In this document: piece after piece, positions 9,549 to 20,310 of the stretch
Numbering within the stretch: the first letter of the stretch is position 1
Layout of the letters: every line of letters starts with the position of its first letter
The notes under the pieces: model-generated
Database searches by the model: none
What the model saw: the letters and a program-made list of their open reading frames with translations, nothing else
What the model was told of the DNA's origin: nothing
IMG/VR virus record: IMGVR_UViG_3300035034_004488
Source of the DNA: an uncultured virus (IMG/VR IMGVR_UViG_3300035034_004488)
Lineage: Duplodnaviria; Heunggongvirae; Uroviricota; Caudoviricetes
Length of the DNA stretch: 64,000 nt
Direction: 5' to 3' (one strand)
Translations under genes and position numbers: made by a program

Positions 9549-10432
9549 CCGTGGACGTAGTGTTCAAGACCTAGTGCGTATCGAGCGGCGGCGTCGAACT
9601 GAGCCACACCATACCCACGCTGGAGGACGCCAAGAGCAGTGCCGGACTCCCGGCAGGCGTCTCTAAAAGCGTAGTGCTGGTTGTGACGGCAGAACCGTAG
9701 CAGCACGAAAACGATATCATACTTGCCGTTCTTCACTTGTTCAAGCGTGCCCGAGTTCGCCCTCAAGTTTAGCTTCTCAAACGTCTCCCACCACACGACC
9801 TCCTCAATCCCAAGCTCCTCCGAGACCCGTTGGGCCACATGGTCTCGGACGTCGCCGCCGATGATGAGCGCCCTCTTGAGGCCCTTGAACGGATTGTCTG
9901 TGGCCACCTGGACAACAGGGGCGCGCTCCTCATACATCGGGACGAGGTGGACGTTATCGAAGAGGCTGAGCAGCTCTCGGGTCGAAGCCACGGGGAGGTT
10001 GCCAAAGAGCGGGTCACTCATGAGACCCTTGACCGCCTGCTGAGACAGGTGAAAGGCCTCACCGCGCTCCTGCTCCAGCATACGAATGAACCCACGATCT
10101 CCTCGGAGGGTGTCAATGTCATCCTCCAGCTCTCGGACCGTCTCGAAGATGGAGCGAGCCTGCTTGAGGTGTGAGAGGTGGACAAACCACGCCTTCGGGA
10201 CCTCGATTTGCGTCTGACCCACATCCGCGTTGTAGGTGCCGATCCGTAGAGCACACCACTCCCAGTCCTGCGACTCGTGTATTCGATGGCCGGGCCTCAC
10301 CGGCTCGCGTTGAATGAGCCAACCTCTCCAGAGCTTCTTTGTCTGCGCCAAGCGACTCATCGAGCCCCTCGGGACTCCAAGACGCGCGATGAATTTGTTG
10401 GCGGGCTCAAGCGGAGTGTGTTCGATGTGCAT
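9545..10432 (-). CDS. Protein with C-terminal DUF2325-like domain
   Basis: ALIIGGD...YDIVFVLLRFCRHN...ACRESG...RGYG resembles DUF2325. Start moved to 10432 because the track start lies within the promoter at 10466-10496. Confidence 0.6.
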   Translation of the reverse strand: MHIEHTPLEPANKFIARLGVPRGSMSRLAQTKKLWRGWLIQREPVRPGHRIHESQDWEWCALRIGTYNADVGQTQIEVPKAWFVHLSHLKQARSIFETVRELEDDIDTLRGDRGFIRMLEQERGEAFHLSQQAVKGLMSDPLFGNLPVASTRELLSLFDNVHLVPMYEERAPVVQVATDNPFKGLKRALIIGGDVRDHVAQRVSEELGIEEVVWWETFEKLNLRANSGTLEQVKNGKYDIVFVLLRFCRHNQHYAFRDACRESGTALGVLQRGYGVAQFDAAARYALGLEHYVHG

Positions 10433-10503
10433 GGGTGCCTCCAGGGCTTTGTGGTGTGTGAGGTCAATGTACCACAAGCCCCGGAAGACGTAAAAACCAA
10501 AAC

Positions 10504-13500
10504 TCAGACCTCAATGACGGGAGGGTGCCAGACGGTGAGGTGGCCACGCTTGAGGAGGGTGAACCCCTTGCCGCCTCGACGCTGGGAGTCGTAGGTCTGA
10601 TGTGTAATCATCCTCTCCGCGCCCCGGTTGGTCTCAACGGTGAGGTTGTGGGGATGGTCGGGCCCCAGGAGCATGAACGCCAGGGCCTCATCTCCCTTTG
10701 CAAGGCGCATGGATCGGATGCCCTTGCCGGCTCCCGAAAAGATGCGACACTCTCCCGGACGAAAGCTGATCCCCTTTCCGTCACGGGTAACCACGACGAT
10801 GCGTTCCTCCTCATGACCGCTGACCTTGCAGACGTTGAGCACCGAATGGTCTGCCGAGACGCGCTGGAAGAGACGACCCGTGACCTTGGAGGGCTCGTGG
10901 TACCCCTCAAGGCTGAATCGGACGACGTTACCATCGGTGGTCAGGCTCACCATGTGTACGTCTGTGGGGACCTCCTCGAAGGGGCAGATGATGGCAGATA
11001 CCACGACCTCTCCGTCCCCAAAGCTGAGCATCGTGGACACCGGGTTACCGTAGCCCTTGGTGACCTCCAGCTCGTCGACCCGGACGCTGTAGGCTCTCCC
11101 GGTCGAGGTGAACAACACCAGCACGTCACGCGTGTTGGCCGAGATAGACCACCCGATCTCATCGCCCTCACGACACCTGAGGGTGCTCATGTCCGAGTAG
11201 GACTTCTGCGCACGCACCCAGCCATCACGGCTCAGAATGACGTGGACGTTCTGGGAGTTGATGTAGGCCTCCTCGCTGTACTCAAAGGCCTTGGAGCGCT
11301 CTTGCTCGATGTGTGTCCTGCGGTCGTCATGGTAGGCCCGACGCGCATCGGTCAGCTCCGTCTTGACCAGCACTCGAACCCGAGAAGGATCGTCGAGCAG
11401 TCCTCTCAAGCGAGCCGCCTCTTGCCTCTTGTTGTCCAGCTCGGTGAGGATCTCGGAGACCTCCGTGCTCGCCAGCCGATGCAGCGCCATCGCGACGACG
11501 GCCTCTGCCTGAATCTCATCAAGACCAAAGGCCTCTCCTACCCTGGTCCTGGCGTCTGCCTTGGAGGTCGCGCTACGTACGAGCACTACCAGTCGGTCCA
11601 CGTCCGCGAACGCAGCCTCGAAGCCCTCCAGGATGTGGATACGTGCTTCGAGCTTACGGAGGCCGTGCGCCAGCCGTCGCGTTACGGTACGGAGGCGATG
11701 GTCCAGGAAGGCGTTGAGGAAGGTCTTGAGGTCAGCCTGCTTGGGGACGCTGACAAGATCACAGTCGGGGTCACTCGCCAGCCGTGTCTCCCCGTGGACC
11801 GGCTGAGAGAAGAGCGCCGTAAAGTTGGCGTGGAACCGTGACTGAAGGCTTGTGTGCTTGAGCAGGTAGGCCAGCGCCTCTTCCGGCTCGGTCCCACGCT
11901 TGATGTCGAAGACGAGTCGGATGTCATCGGTAGACTCGTCTCGGACCTCCTTTATCTGGGGGATCTCGTCATTGACTACCGCGTTCGCGCACGTCTCGAA
12001 GAGCTTGGCCTTGTTGACCTGATAGGGCAGCTCCGTGACCACGATGCGCTTGCAGCCGTGCCCCGCGTCTTCGATGTTCCACACGGCTCGCATCGTGAAC
12101 GTGCCCGAGCCCGTCTCATAGACCTCTCGGATCGCGTCTGCGCCCTCCACGACCGACCCTCCCGAGGGGAAGTCCGGACCGCTCACGTGCCGCTCTACCA
12201 GGGTCGCCACTGAGAGGTTGGGGTGGTCGCACAGGTCGATGAGGGCACCCAGAAGCTCATCCAGATGGTGGGGAGGGATGTTCGTGGCCATACCCACTGC
12301 GATACCTTGCGCCCCATTCATGAGGAGGTTTGGGACCTCGGCAGGCATCACCACGGGCTCTTGCATCGTGGAATCGTAGTTGTCCTGCATCTCCACGGTA
12401 TCGTAGACCAGCTCATCCAGGAGACGCTCGGCCATCGGTGCCAGACGTGCTTCCGTGTTATGGTTGACAAAGCCATTGGCCAGAAACGCGTGGTCTTCAG
12501 TATCAACCCGAAGAGAGTATACCCTCGAAGTACCCGCAGGCTCTATAAGCTCAACCGCATCGTAATAGATATGAGCATCCAGGTGAGGTTCGATTTGACG
12601 CCACGTACCCTCCGACACCGCCTGCTTGAGGCGTCCTCGGTAGATCATATCTGTCCGACGGGTAACGCACTGGAAATTTGAACCCTTGACCCACGGTCGA
12701 GTGCCCTCTTGTTCCCGCACCCAGGCTACCAAGGACTCGGGCAGTCCGTCCCGGCTTGGCCCTCCCCGAGAGGTTCGTGTAGCTTCTTGCGCGCACGCGC
12801 GCTGCTGCTTCGTTCGCCAAAAGCCTACACGCTCCAGGAACCTCAGAACCTCACGACGGGCCGCAATGTTGAGCTTATGTTCACCATTATCGTACTCGTA
12901 AGCCTTTGAGACGATTTGGAACTCCAACAGGAGGGTCTGCACCTGCTGGATCAGCTCTTGACTACGAGAGGATAACGAGATGGTAGAACTCGCGCCCCGA
13001 GGCATCGAATAGGACCCATCACCCTCATACAAGGCCGCCAAGAAGGCTCGTCGGGTTTGCGTACCTTGCCCCCACACCCATGACGGTATGCGCTGGGTGT
13101 ACGAGTTGAGGCCTAACATGTCAGACAACGCACTGGAAGCGAACGCAGTCACGTTGGGGACATCCAGCTCATAGAGAGTCTTACCGGAGGGCAGCTCCCG
13201 TTGTGAAATGTAACGTTGTCCTCCAATATGACGGTCCCACTGTACTACTACTTCATCAAAGTACACTTTGTCGGTGTTGTTGAACGTGACGCGTCCGGCC
13301 CCAAACGAGCCCTCTGCCACCAGGGCGCCTGCCAGAAAACCCAAGCCGGGCTCTTCAGCGAGTGCCTCCGCGCGGTGGAGAGGTCCCCGATAGATGAGCG
13401 CGGTGTCCCCGACACGGATCTCCTCCAGCGTCTTCCAGACCTTACGGGGCCCACCCTCTCCAACCTCCAAGCACTGCACGGGATGATTCAACGAACCTGT

Positions 13501-14034
13501 CAAAGTGTATCCCGAAGCAGTACGCAGACGCAAAACGGGATGCTCACCACAGTCGAAATACCTGCTCGTCTCCACACGCTCTCCGTCCCCGTCAAACACC
13601 TGCTCGCGGTGAGGAACGTCTGCACCTTGCGCCAGTTCACCGATAGGTAGCGTACCTCGCCCGCAAGGTACCCGAGCATCCCCCGTCAGACAGTAGCGCA
13701 TGCTCGCCGCGTTGTCCCCGTCAATGCTACCAAAGTTGCCTTGCCCGTCCACGAGCATGTAGCGCATTGAGAAGTCCTGAGCCATGCGAACCATCGCATC
13801 ATAGACCGACTGGTCACCGTGCGGATGATAGGCTCCCAGGACGCGGCCCACGATGGCGGCGGACTTGCGGTGCTTGCTCCCCGGCTTGAGCTTGAGGTCC
13901 CGAGACATCGCGTAGAGGATGCGTCGCTGTACAGGCTTGAGCCCATCTCTCGCGTCGGGAAGGGCGCGACCCGTGACCACTGCGACCGCGTAGTCGAGGT
14001 AGAGTGCGCTGATTTGCTGGGACATGTCGGCCAT
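10504..14034 (-). CDS. Type IIA DNA topoisomerase subunit A (GyrA/ParC family), intein-containing
   Basis: [37 protein letters not shown]|intein|[23 protein letters not shown] and C-terminal pinwheel repeats. Predicted mature length 764 aa. Confidence 0.97.
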   Translation of the reverse strand: MADMSQQISALYLDYAVAVVTGRALPDARDGLKPVQRRILYAMSRDLKLKPGSKHRKSAAIVGRVLGAYHPHGDQSVYDAMVRMAQDFSMRYMLVDGQGNFGSIDGDNAASMRYCLTGDARVPCGRGTLPIGELAQGADVPHREQVFDGDGERVETSRYFDCGEHPVLRLRTASGYTLTGSLNHPVQCLEVGEGGPRKVWKTLEEIRVGDTALIYRGPLHRAEALAEEPGLGFLAGALVAEGSFGAGRVTFNNTDKVYFDEVVVQWDRHIGGQRYISQRELPSGKTLYELDVPNVTAFASSALSDMLGLNSYTQRIPSWVWGQGTQTRRAFLAALYEGDGSYSMPRGASSTISLSSRSQELIQQVQTLLLEFQIVSKAYEYDNGEHKLNIAARREVLRFLERVGFWRTKQQRACAQEATRTSRGGPSRDGLPESLVAWVREQEGTRPWVKGSNFQCVTRRTDMIYRGRLKQAVSEGTWRQIEPHLDAHIYYDAVELIEPAGTSRVYSLRVDTEDHAFLANGFVNHNTEARLAPMAERLLDELVYDTVEMQDNYDSTMQEPVVMPAEVPNLLMNGAQGIAVGMATNIPPHHLDELLGALIDLCDHPNLSVATLVERHVSGPDFPSGGSVVEGADAIREVYETGSGTFTMRAVWNIEDAGHGCKRIVVTELPYQVNKAKLFETCANAVVNDEIPQIKEVRDESTDDIRLVFDIKRGTEPEEALAYLLKHTSLQSRFHANFTALFSQPVHGETRLASDPDCDLVSVPKQADLKTFLNAFLDHRLRTVTRRLAHGLRKLEARIHILEGFEAAFADVDRLVVLVRSATSKADARTRVGEAFGLDEIQAEAVVAMALHRLASTEVSEILTELDNKRQEAARLRGLLDDPSRVRVLVKTELTDARRAYHDDRRTHIEQERSKAFEYSEEAYINSQNVHVILSRDGWVRAQKSYSDMSTLRCREGDEIGWSISANTRDVLVLFTSTGRAYSVRVDELEVTKGYGNPVSTMLSFGDGEVVVSAIICPFEEVPTDVHMVSLTTDGNVVRFSLEGYHEPSKVTGRLFQRVSADHSVLNVCKVSGHEEERIVVVTRDGKGISFRPGECRIFSGAGKGIRSMRLAKGDEALAFMLLGPDHPHNLTVETNRGAERMITHQTYDSQRRGGKGFTLLKRGHLTVWHPPVIEV
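12457..13692 (-). mobile_element. 412-aa intein with LAGLIDADG homing endonuclease
   Basis: Starts CLTGDARV, has block [18 protein letters not shown] and [10 protein letters not shown] endonuclease motifs, and ends [10 protein letters not shown] before Thr+1. Inserted directly after the catalytic Tyr. Confidence 0.95.
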
Positions 14035-14103
14035 AGCCTACCTCAAGTGACGGATAATGAGCTTGTATCTGGACTAGTAGAAACCCCAAAGAGGCCTCAC
14101 ATC

Positions 14104-14538
14104 ATGGCACAAAACTTCGAGTCTGTCAAGCTGAGATGCCTCGTGGACAGCGAACGCGCCAAGCGTGACGACTGCCCACCCCTCGATCACGAGATCTCCA
14201 CCAGAAAGGAGCGCATAGCCATGCCCTTGAACCGCCAAGAGACCGAACGCATCAAGAGACTCGTTATGGAGCGTTATGCCCCCAAGGGCGGCTTCACCAT
14301 GCAGGACGTCTACGACGACCGCTCAGACCCCCTCGACCTGAACATGTACGAGGCGCTCGATGAGCTGGTTGACGAGCGAAAGCTCCGAGGACCCAAGACC
14401 AAGGACGACGGCTTCTCCAGCCACTCCGACATGCGTTACCGTAAGGCGACTCAGAAGCTGCGTGAGGACGTGATCCGACTGGCATACGCCAAGCCGGAGC
14501 TGCGTCCGCACCTGCTGCCCCTGATTGACTCCGAGTGA
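14104..14538 (+). CDS. Hypothetical protein with C-terminal IRLA..KPELRPHLLPL tag
   Basis: Start is 14104 or 14221 (AAAGGAG RBS before 14221). Preceded by motif 2 at 14053. Confidence 0.7.
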   Translation: MAQNFESVKLRCLVDSERAKRDDCPPLDHEISTRKERIAMPLNRQETERIKRLVMERYAPKGGFTMQDVYDDRSDPLDLNMYEALDELVDERKLRGPKTKDDGFSSHSDMRYRKATQKLREDVIRLAYAKPELRPHLLPLIDSE

Positions 14539-14550
14539 CCCCCTGAGCGA

Positions 14551-14733
14551 TCACGCGCGTCGGTCACGTTCCTTGACCCACCACAAGACGCCCTCGAAGT
14601 CCTTCACCCACCAAGGTAGAGGACTCTCACCTCCGTTGCGGCGTACTTCATCCAAACCACGAGCCTCAGTCTCTTGAGCGTCCAGGCGATCACGCTTGGA
14701 TCGCTTGTTGTCTCTGCGCTTGGACTTCGGCAT
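14551..14733 (-). CDS. Small basic hypothetical protein
   Basis: MPKSKRRDNKRSKR... after an AGGAGAG RBS. Confidence 0.5.
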   Translation of the reverse strand: MPKSKRRDNKRSKRDRLDAQETEARGLDEVRRNGGESPLPWWVKDFEGVLWWVKERDRRA

Positions 14734-14744
14734 GACGGTCTCTC

Positions 14745-14975
14745 CTAGTAGCGGCGGCGAAGGTCTGAACCGTCGAGGATCAGGTTCTTGCCCTTGGTGG
14801 TCAGGCATACGACACCTGCTCTATCATGTACGAAGCAGTTGGTGATGAGATCCTCCAGGACCCGTAGCCCGTGGAGGGCTAGGCGGATTCGACAGGTCTC
14901 CAGGTCTACCTTCCAACGGCTCACGGCCATGCAGATCTGGTAACGCTCGCTTTTGGTTTTCTCTTGCGGTGTCAT
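14745..14975 (-). CDS. Small hypothetical protein
   Basis: 76 aa with AAAGGAG RBS and a promoter copy at 15008-15037. Confidence 0.65.
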   Translation of the reverse strand: MTPQEKTKSERYQICMAVSRWKVDLETCRIRLALHGLRVLEDLITNCFVHDRAGVVCLTTKGKNLILDGSDLRRRY

Positions 14976-15038
14976 GGGTCTCTCCTTTGGTGTTGGGGAC
15001 CCACCCCATGTACCACAATAGAGCGTGACCGTAAAAAT

Positions 15039-15637
15039 CTACCCTGCAATAATCTCGGCGTTCGGGTACAGGCCCTGAACTCCAGGCCCCGGAGGGTAGC
15101 CTTCGACGAAGGAGAGCGTCGGGTCGTAGGCGGGGTGAGCCTCGGGCAATAACTCTTCAGTAATTTCCCAGATCCGTTGTTGGCGACAGTACACACCCAC
15201 ATTTCGCCAGACTTCACCGTAGATCAGACCCTGAGCACCCACCAACTTACCCTGGTTGAGCTGGTCCCAAGTCGTATTGGAACACAGCACATGCACGCGC
15301 GCCATCGGAAACATGCAGTCGAGAAGGGAGAGGTCTGAGACCCTCTCCTGATCGGGCCACGCCGACAGGGGGTGAGGTCCTTGAGGGTCTCGTACCATGA
15401 CATCGACGCAATCCAGTCATGCTCGCCTGGAGTCGTAACCAGATTCGCACCTTGCAAGGCGACCTCTCGGTGCAGCTCACTGAAGAACGGGAGGACACTG
15501 TAGCGACCTACCACGGTATCGCCCGCCTGGATCTCAGTGCGATGGCGAACGACCGCATCGGCACCCAGGACGTCGATGGCCGTCTGAAACTCCTCTTCAG
15601 TGTCCCGATCGACCCGGAACAGGATACGAAGTGCCAT
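15039..15637 (-). CDS. Hypothetical protein (N-terminus resembles phage ATP-grasp-associated proteins), frameshifted
   Basis: Track ORFs 15224..15637 and 15039..15398 join (LKDLTP-LSAWPDQE) if the G5 run at 15368-15372 were G6. Confidence 0.5.
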
Positions 15638-16242
15638 CAGAAGGCCCTCTTGGGCGCGTAGTGCTCGATGAACTCGTAATAAGTCTCGAAGTCCTGTTCA
15701 CCGGCTCGGCGGCGTCTCGCGTTGATATAGACGTGCGAGAGGCCATTGACGTCGTGGACCTCCTCACTATCAAGCACGACGAGGTTGTCGTTGCGCTTGG
15801 TTGGGTACGAGGCAACGTCTACGCCCCCAGCATCAGGGAGTATCCGACGAGGGACGTAGGTGAAGAAGAACTCTTCGGTCTGGTCGTGCGTGATGCGGTA
15901 GATGTCGCCGCCCCCGATCACATACACGTTCTCGGCGTTGGCGAGGACGGGAGACGCGAGAGCCTCGTCCAGCGTGTTGTGGATCTCGAAGACCTCCTTG
16001 GACTTCCCCACGCTGTACGTCTGGCGCGTCTTCGGGAGGTCCTGGCGCGTCAGCATGACGTGCGCGCGACCGGGAAGCATCCCCGGAAGAGAGTCGAAGG
16101 TCTTTCGGCCCATGAGCATCGGGGACCCGGCCGTAATCTTTTTGAAGCGGCCGAGGTCTCCCTTGAGGCGCCAGGGGATCTTACCGTCGAGGCCGATGAT
16201 GTGGTCTGCGGAGAAGGCGACGACGTGGATGAGTTTGGGCAT
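15637..16242 (-). CDS. folA: Dihydrofolate reductase
   Basis: IGLDGKIPWRLKGDL, MGRKTFDSL, LPGR and VIGGGDIY; adjacent to thyA. Confidence 0.95.
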   Translation of the reverse strand: MPKLIHVVAFSADHIIGLDGKIPWRLKGDLGRFKKITAGSPMLMGRKTFDSLPGMLPGRAHVMLTRQDLPKTRQTYSVGKSKEVFEIHNTLDEALASPVLANAENVYVIGGGDIYRITHDQTEEFFFTYVPRRILPDAGGVDVASYPTKRNDNLVVLDSEEVHDVNGLSHVYINARRRRAGEQDFETYYEFIEHYAPKRAF

Positions 16243-16332
16243 GAGGCGTCTCTTTGCGAGAAGGTCTGAGGAAGAAAGTAGAGCCGCTACCTTCCCCCAT
16301 ATCGCCCTTCGACGTCAAGAGAGAGCTTCTCC

Positions 16333-17307
16333 TTAGACCGCAACCTTCATCCGAAGGCGAGGGTGGGGGTTGTACCCCTGCAAGTCGAAGTCCTCGAAGG
16401 CGAGTCCGTCCACGAAGGCCAGCGCGGCCTCAAGCGTTCGAGCTTCGGGCGCTCCCTTGAGGTTCAACGTGGGGCTCGGGCGCGGGTCACGTGTGATCTG
16501 CTCCTGCAAGGCCGGCACATGTGAGTAGGGGTCCTCGTCCGAGTCTCCGCAGTAGATGTGTGCGTCGACGATGGTATGGGAGAAGGTCCCAGGCGCGTGC
16601 CCGGTCGCGCGTGCGAGGATGTAGGTGAGCGTGGAGTAGCCCGCGAGGTTGAACGGGATGCCAAGCCCGATGTCCCCCGACCTTTGAGTCAGGTGGCAGT
16701 TGAGTCGGCCGAGTCCCGTGTCCGGGTCGAGATGGCTGACGTTGAACACGACGAAGGCGTGACAGGGAGGCAGCAAGGAGACGGCGGCGTTGGCGGGGTG
16801 CCACGCAGTCATGACCATGCGCCGGGAGTTGGGCTGGTGTATGAGCAGATCACACAGGTAGGCGATCTGGTCGAAGTTGAGCGCGTACCTGCCGGGTGAG
16901 CGCTCCTCTTCCCGGACGTACTTGCTCATGGCCTCCATATCCGGCCACGCCTCCCCCGGCAAGCGGTCGTGCGTGTCGGGAAAAGGGAACCTGCGCCAGA
17001 AGCGGCCATAGGCAGTCTCCAGGTTTCGATCCTCGTCGGCCCAGCTCGACCATATCTTGGAGTGCTTCTCGAAATCGCGGATGTGGTGGTCACCCGAGAG
17101 GTACCACAGCATCTCGTAGATAAGGGACTTCCAGACGCCCCCCGACATGTCCTTGGTCGTCAGGAGAGGCAAGCTCTCGGAGATGTCGACCTTGTAGTGC
17201 TGCGCAAACGTCGAGAGGGTGTCAATCCCGGTCCGGTTGACCTTGCGGTCGCCGTGAGCGAGGACGTGGCGTACGAGGTCCAGATAGGACGTCATGATCT
17301 GTGGCAT
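16333..17307 (-). CDS. thyA: Thymidylate synthase
   Basis: NRTGIDT, PLLTTK, SRR, LPPCH, QRSGDIGLGIPFN and DAHIY. Confidence 0.97.
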   Translation of the reverse strand: MPQIMTSYLDLVRHVLAHGDRKVNRTGIDTLSTFAQHYKVDISESLPLLTTKDMSGGVWKSLIYEMLWYLSGDHHIRDFEKHSKIWSSWADEDRNLETAYGRFWRRFPFPDTHDRLPGEAWPDMEAMSKYVREEERSPGRYALNFDQIAYLCDLLIHQPNSRRMVMTAWHPANAAVSLLPPCHAFVVFNVSHLDPDTGLGRLNCHLTQRSGDIGLGIPFNLAGYSTLTYILARATGHAPGTFSHTIVDAHIYCGDSDEDPYSHVPALQEQITRDPRPSPTLNLKGAPEARTLEAALAFVDGLAFEDFDLQGYNPHPRLRMKVAV

Positions 17308-17319
17308 TGGAAGGTCCTA

Positions 17320-17598
17320 TCAAAGGATAGAGTCCAGGGCCTTCATGACCTCGGACGGGTTAAGAGGGTCAACGCCCTCCAGAAGGTTGGCGTTCGTCCC
17401 CAGCCTCAGCTCAAGCTCGTCAAGGACAGTAATCGGGCTGTTACGTCCCGTGGTCCACTTGAGCTTGAGGTAGGCCTGGAGCTGCGACGGATCACGCCAC
17501 AGCAAACACCACAGGTTGAAGAAGTAGCGGCGATTCTGCTCGGACGTCAAGGGAGCCTCTTCGAGGACGTCCAGGTGTTCCAGGGGTGTGGGGCTCAT
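17320..17598 (-). CDS. Hypothetical protein
   Basis: Probable start MSPTPLEHL overlapping the upstream stop. Confidence 0.55.
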   Translation of the reverse strand: MSPTPLEHLDVLEEAPLTSEQNRRYFFNLWCLLWRDPSQLQAYLKLKWTTGRNSPITVLDELELRLGTNANLLEGVDPLNPSEVMKALDSIL

Positions 17599-18164
17599 GA
17601 AAAGGTCCTTTTGGTAGAGATGCGAAAGCCGTTCTGAGGAAACACCACATAGGACATACTCTCCCCGCTTGTCAAGTAACGGGGGACCCATCGCCCATCG
17701 GGAAGAGGCTGCCAGTAGAGAGGGTCCGGGCTACTTGTCACAGCACTCGACGGAGAGCACCCCAAGGCGGCCTCACGCAGCATCGCCAGATAGACGTACT
17801 GGTAGGCCTGCTTCGCATCGTACACGCGACGGCCTGCGGGAGACGGCTCCAGCAGACAGGCTCTCGCCGCCTCAAGCATACGATCCCTGGTCCGGAAGTC
17901 AAAGAAGAGGGGCCACGCACGAGAGGCCATGTGCAGGGCCTCTGTGACCGCTCTTCCGACCTCTCCCAGGGCGGCAACGCTCCGAAAGGCCATACCAAGG
18001 GTGCGCAGCAGGCTCGTCTCCCCGGCCACGCCGGACACATGCAGGATCACGTCCGCGTGCGCGTGGTGCATCTGGAGGACGTTATGCGACACGGGGACCA
18101 TCCGGGTCCAGTGCGGTTCAAGGCCTCGCGCTCGGGAGAAACGCTTCAGGTTGTTGGTCAGCAT
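17595..18164 (-). CDS. Hypothetical protein
   Basis: 189-aa ORF in the minus-strand run. Confidence 0.55.
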   Translation of the reverse strand: MLTNNLKRFSRARGLEPHWTRMVPVSHNVLQMHHAHADVILHVSGVAGETSLLRTLGMAFRSVAALGEVGRAVTEALHMASRAWPLFFDFRTRDRMLEAARACLLEPSPAGRRVYDAKQAYQYVYLAMLREAALGCSPSSAVTSSPDPLYWQPLPDGRWVPRYLTSGESMSYVVFPQNGFRISTKRTFS

Positions 18165-18192
18165 GGGCCCTCGCGAAGGTGACAGGTGACGC

Positions 18193-18441
18193 TCAGCCGT
18201 GGTGGAACCGCTGGTCTCCAGGACGGGGGGGTCGGACGTGCAGGAGCACCTTCCCCCGCCTCACCGGCCGGTTATCGGGAGTCAACACATCCCAGCGTAC
18301 GCTGTACCGATACTCCAACGGGTCCCCCTTTGTATCACACATGGGCTTGCCTTCGTAGGAGATGCGAAACGCGTGGTCAGGGTTACGTTTCTGCATGTAC
18401 CTCAAGGCAATGCAACACTTGGTGAGACCGTTGAGTAACAT
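18193..18441 (-). CDS. Hypothetical protein
   Basis: 82 aa; start overlaps the upstream stop. Confidence 0.5.
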   Translation of the reverse strand: MLLNGLTKCCIALRYMQKRNPDHAFRISYEGKPMCDTKGDPLEYRYSVRWDVLTPDNRPVRRGKVLLHVRPPRPGDQRFHHG

Positions 18442-18749
18442 CAGGAGACCCTTGAGCTGAAGAGATTGTCACGGCATTCCTGCCACTTGGACATGATGTG
18501 AGGCGCTAGAGAGGAGTAATAAGCCTGCGAATCCAAAGGGAACGGAGTGAATTTCGAGTGTCCAATAGTCGCGCCCAAAAAAACCACACCCAATGCAGTC
18601 GGATCAAAGGTCGAGTACACGACCACCACGTGAAGCGTCACACCAATCAGCAAAAACTCGGCCCGCTCAAAGCTCCAGGGGATTTCTCGAAGCGTCTGAC
18701 GAAGAGAGAACGGGAGCGAAGGGATATAACGCAGTTGATTCACGAGCAT
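18441..18749 (-). CDS. Hypothetical protein
   Basis: 102 aa with GGAGG RBS. Confidence 0.55.
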   Translation of the reverse strand: MLVNQLRYIPSLPFSLRQTLREIPWSFERAEFLLIGVTLHVVVVYSTFDPTALGVVFLGATIGHSKFTPFPLDSQAYYSSLAPHIMSKWQECRDNLFSSRVS

Positions 18750-18764
18750 GACAGCCTCCGGGCC

Positions 18765-19391
18765 TCATTTGGTATCCAGGACCACCGGCGTGTCGTAGTA
18801 CGCGTAGTACAAGAGCTGAGAGAGGAGTACGTAACCCGTGATCTGCGACACGTGGACTGGAGAGGGGGTCGATTCCAGGGGAGGTATGCTGTCGAGGGGC
18901 TCCGAGAACTCCACGTACCAGGACCTCTTGACGCGCGCGAGTGTGGCATACACGGGTGGGTTACGTATCGGGAACCATTTGAACTGGATCTGGAGGTTGC
19001 GAGGGCACAAGTAGATCCGAGCAGGGGTCGGCAGCGTGAGCAATAAAGGGCAGATGCGCTTGAGGAAGTGGTACAGGACATCACGCTCGGAGATGTCCCG
19101 GTGTAGGACTTCTATACGTCGCCCCACGGTCCCCTGAAAGTGGGGCCCCTCCCACACCTCCTCAAGCTCCTCACAGTCTTCCGGGACGAACCACCAGTAC
19201 ACGACCCCAGAGGGACCGGTAGGCTCGTCATACTGAGGACTCAAGCGCGGAACCTCCACGCGCGCCACCCCGAAGCGGGGGTCCACATGGGGCGGCGTCT
19301 TCTTGCCCGTATTCTGAAAGCGAGGGTAGTAGTTTATCAACATGAGAGTCTGTCTTGGTCTGAAGTTTATACCTTCCAGAGGATATGCCAT
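18765..19391 (-). CDS. Hypothetical protein
   Basis: 208 aa with GGAGG RBS. Confidence 0.65.
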   Translation of the reverse strand: MAYPLEGINFRPRQTLMLINYYPRFQNTGKKTPPHVDPRFGVARVEVPRLSPQYDEPTGPSGVVYWWFVPEDCEELEEVWEGPHFQGTVGRRIEVLHRDISERDVLYHFLKRICPLLLTLPTPARIYLCPRNLQIQFKWFPIRNPPVYATLARVKRSWYVEFSEPLDSIPPLESTPSPVHVSQITGYVLLSQLLYYAYYDTPVVLDTK

Positions 19392-19448
19392 AAGGACCCT
19401 CCAAACAAGGCCTCTCCAGGGCTATCGCTCAGGATTGCGTACTCCTTT

Positions 19449-20246
19449 TTAGAGAACTCGCACCCGTTCAAACGCGTGACGAAGATCCTCAGCGCTTTGT
19501 GCGATCCGGGCGGGTGCAGACAGGATAACCGGGAACCCAGAGGCCCGGTTCACGGTGACGGCCAAGGCGAATCTTGAGTGACGCAGCAGGAAGGTCGTCC
19601 GGATAAGGTCTTCAAGCGACGTTCCGCCTCCTTCCCACCCCGCTCGAAGCTCTGTGAACGCCCCCGAGAAGCGCACATTACGCAAAGACCACACCACTCC
19701 CTCCTGGGAGGGGCCCCTCTCCGGAATCGCTTCAAGCGTAACGCCACCGGGAACGCGAGCCTCAAAGCCGTCCTCGCGGTCTGGGGGAAGCTCTCTCCAC
19801 AATACATCCCCCGTTGGATGAACGTCACACTCCGAGAGCGAGACAAACCCACGGGAGTACCCCAGCTCAACCTGTCCCAGTTGCCGGAAGATAGACTCTG
19901 CCTGACCCGAAGACACGTTGGAGGAGTTGCGCAAGCGACTCAAGGTCAAGTGTCGGGTGATGACCCGAATCGAGGTTTGCCACTCTTGCGCGTCGACTCG
20001 GGGCCCAAGGGGGTCAAACGAGAAGGTATCCCAATCCACAGGGCGTGATACCTCGTTAACGCGATTCACGCTCAATATGAGGCTCTTGGTGTGAAAGGGG
20101 GCACCTCGCACAGTCTCCATGAGCATCGCCCCGTAAGAAGCGTCGACCAGGAGATGTGCCGCGAAGTTATTCACCACGCCGCGATAGAGAGCGGCAGGTA
20201 TCCCAAGGGTATCCGAGTTATAGAAGTAGTTGATCAAGGGAGGCAT
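19449..20246 (-). CDS. Hypothetical protein
   Basis: 265-aa ORF. Confidence 0.65.
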   Translation of the reverse strand: MPPLINYFYNSDTLGIPAALYRGVVNNFAAHLLVDASYGAMLMETVRGAPFHTKSLILSVNRVNEVSRPVDWDTFSFDPLGPRVDAQEWQTSIRVITRHLTLSRLRNSSNVSSGQAESIFRQLGQVELGYSRGFVSLSECDVHPTGDVLWRELPPDREDGFEARVPGGVTLEAIPERGPSQEGVVWSLRNVRFSGAFTELRAGWEGGGTSLEDLIRTTFLLRHSRFALAVTVNRASGFPVILSAPARIAQSAEDLRHAFERVRVL

Positions 20247-20310
20247 AGGCTCATATCTCTCGTGTGATGGCTTGGAGGGTCTCTCGAAGGCCCCAGGGAG
20301 TCCGACACGT

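Noticed and set aside
10525..11841. 438-aa + strand ORF (also 25945..27054, 36050..37270, 46672..47760, 59040..60401 and similar)
   Set aside because: Antisense shadows of well-supported genes in GC-rich DNA, with no motifs or RBS.
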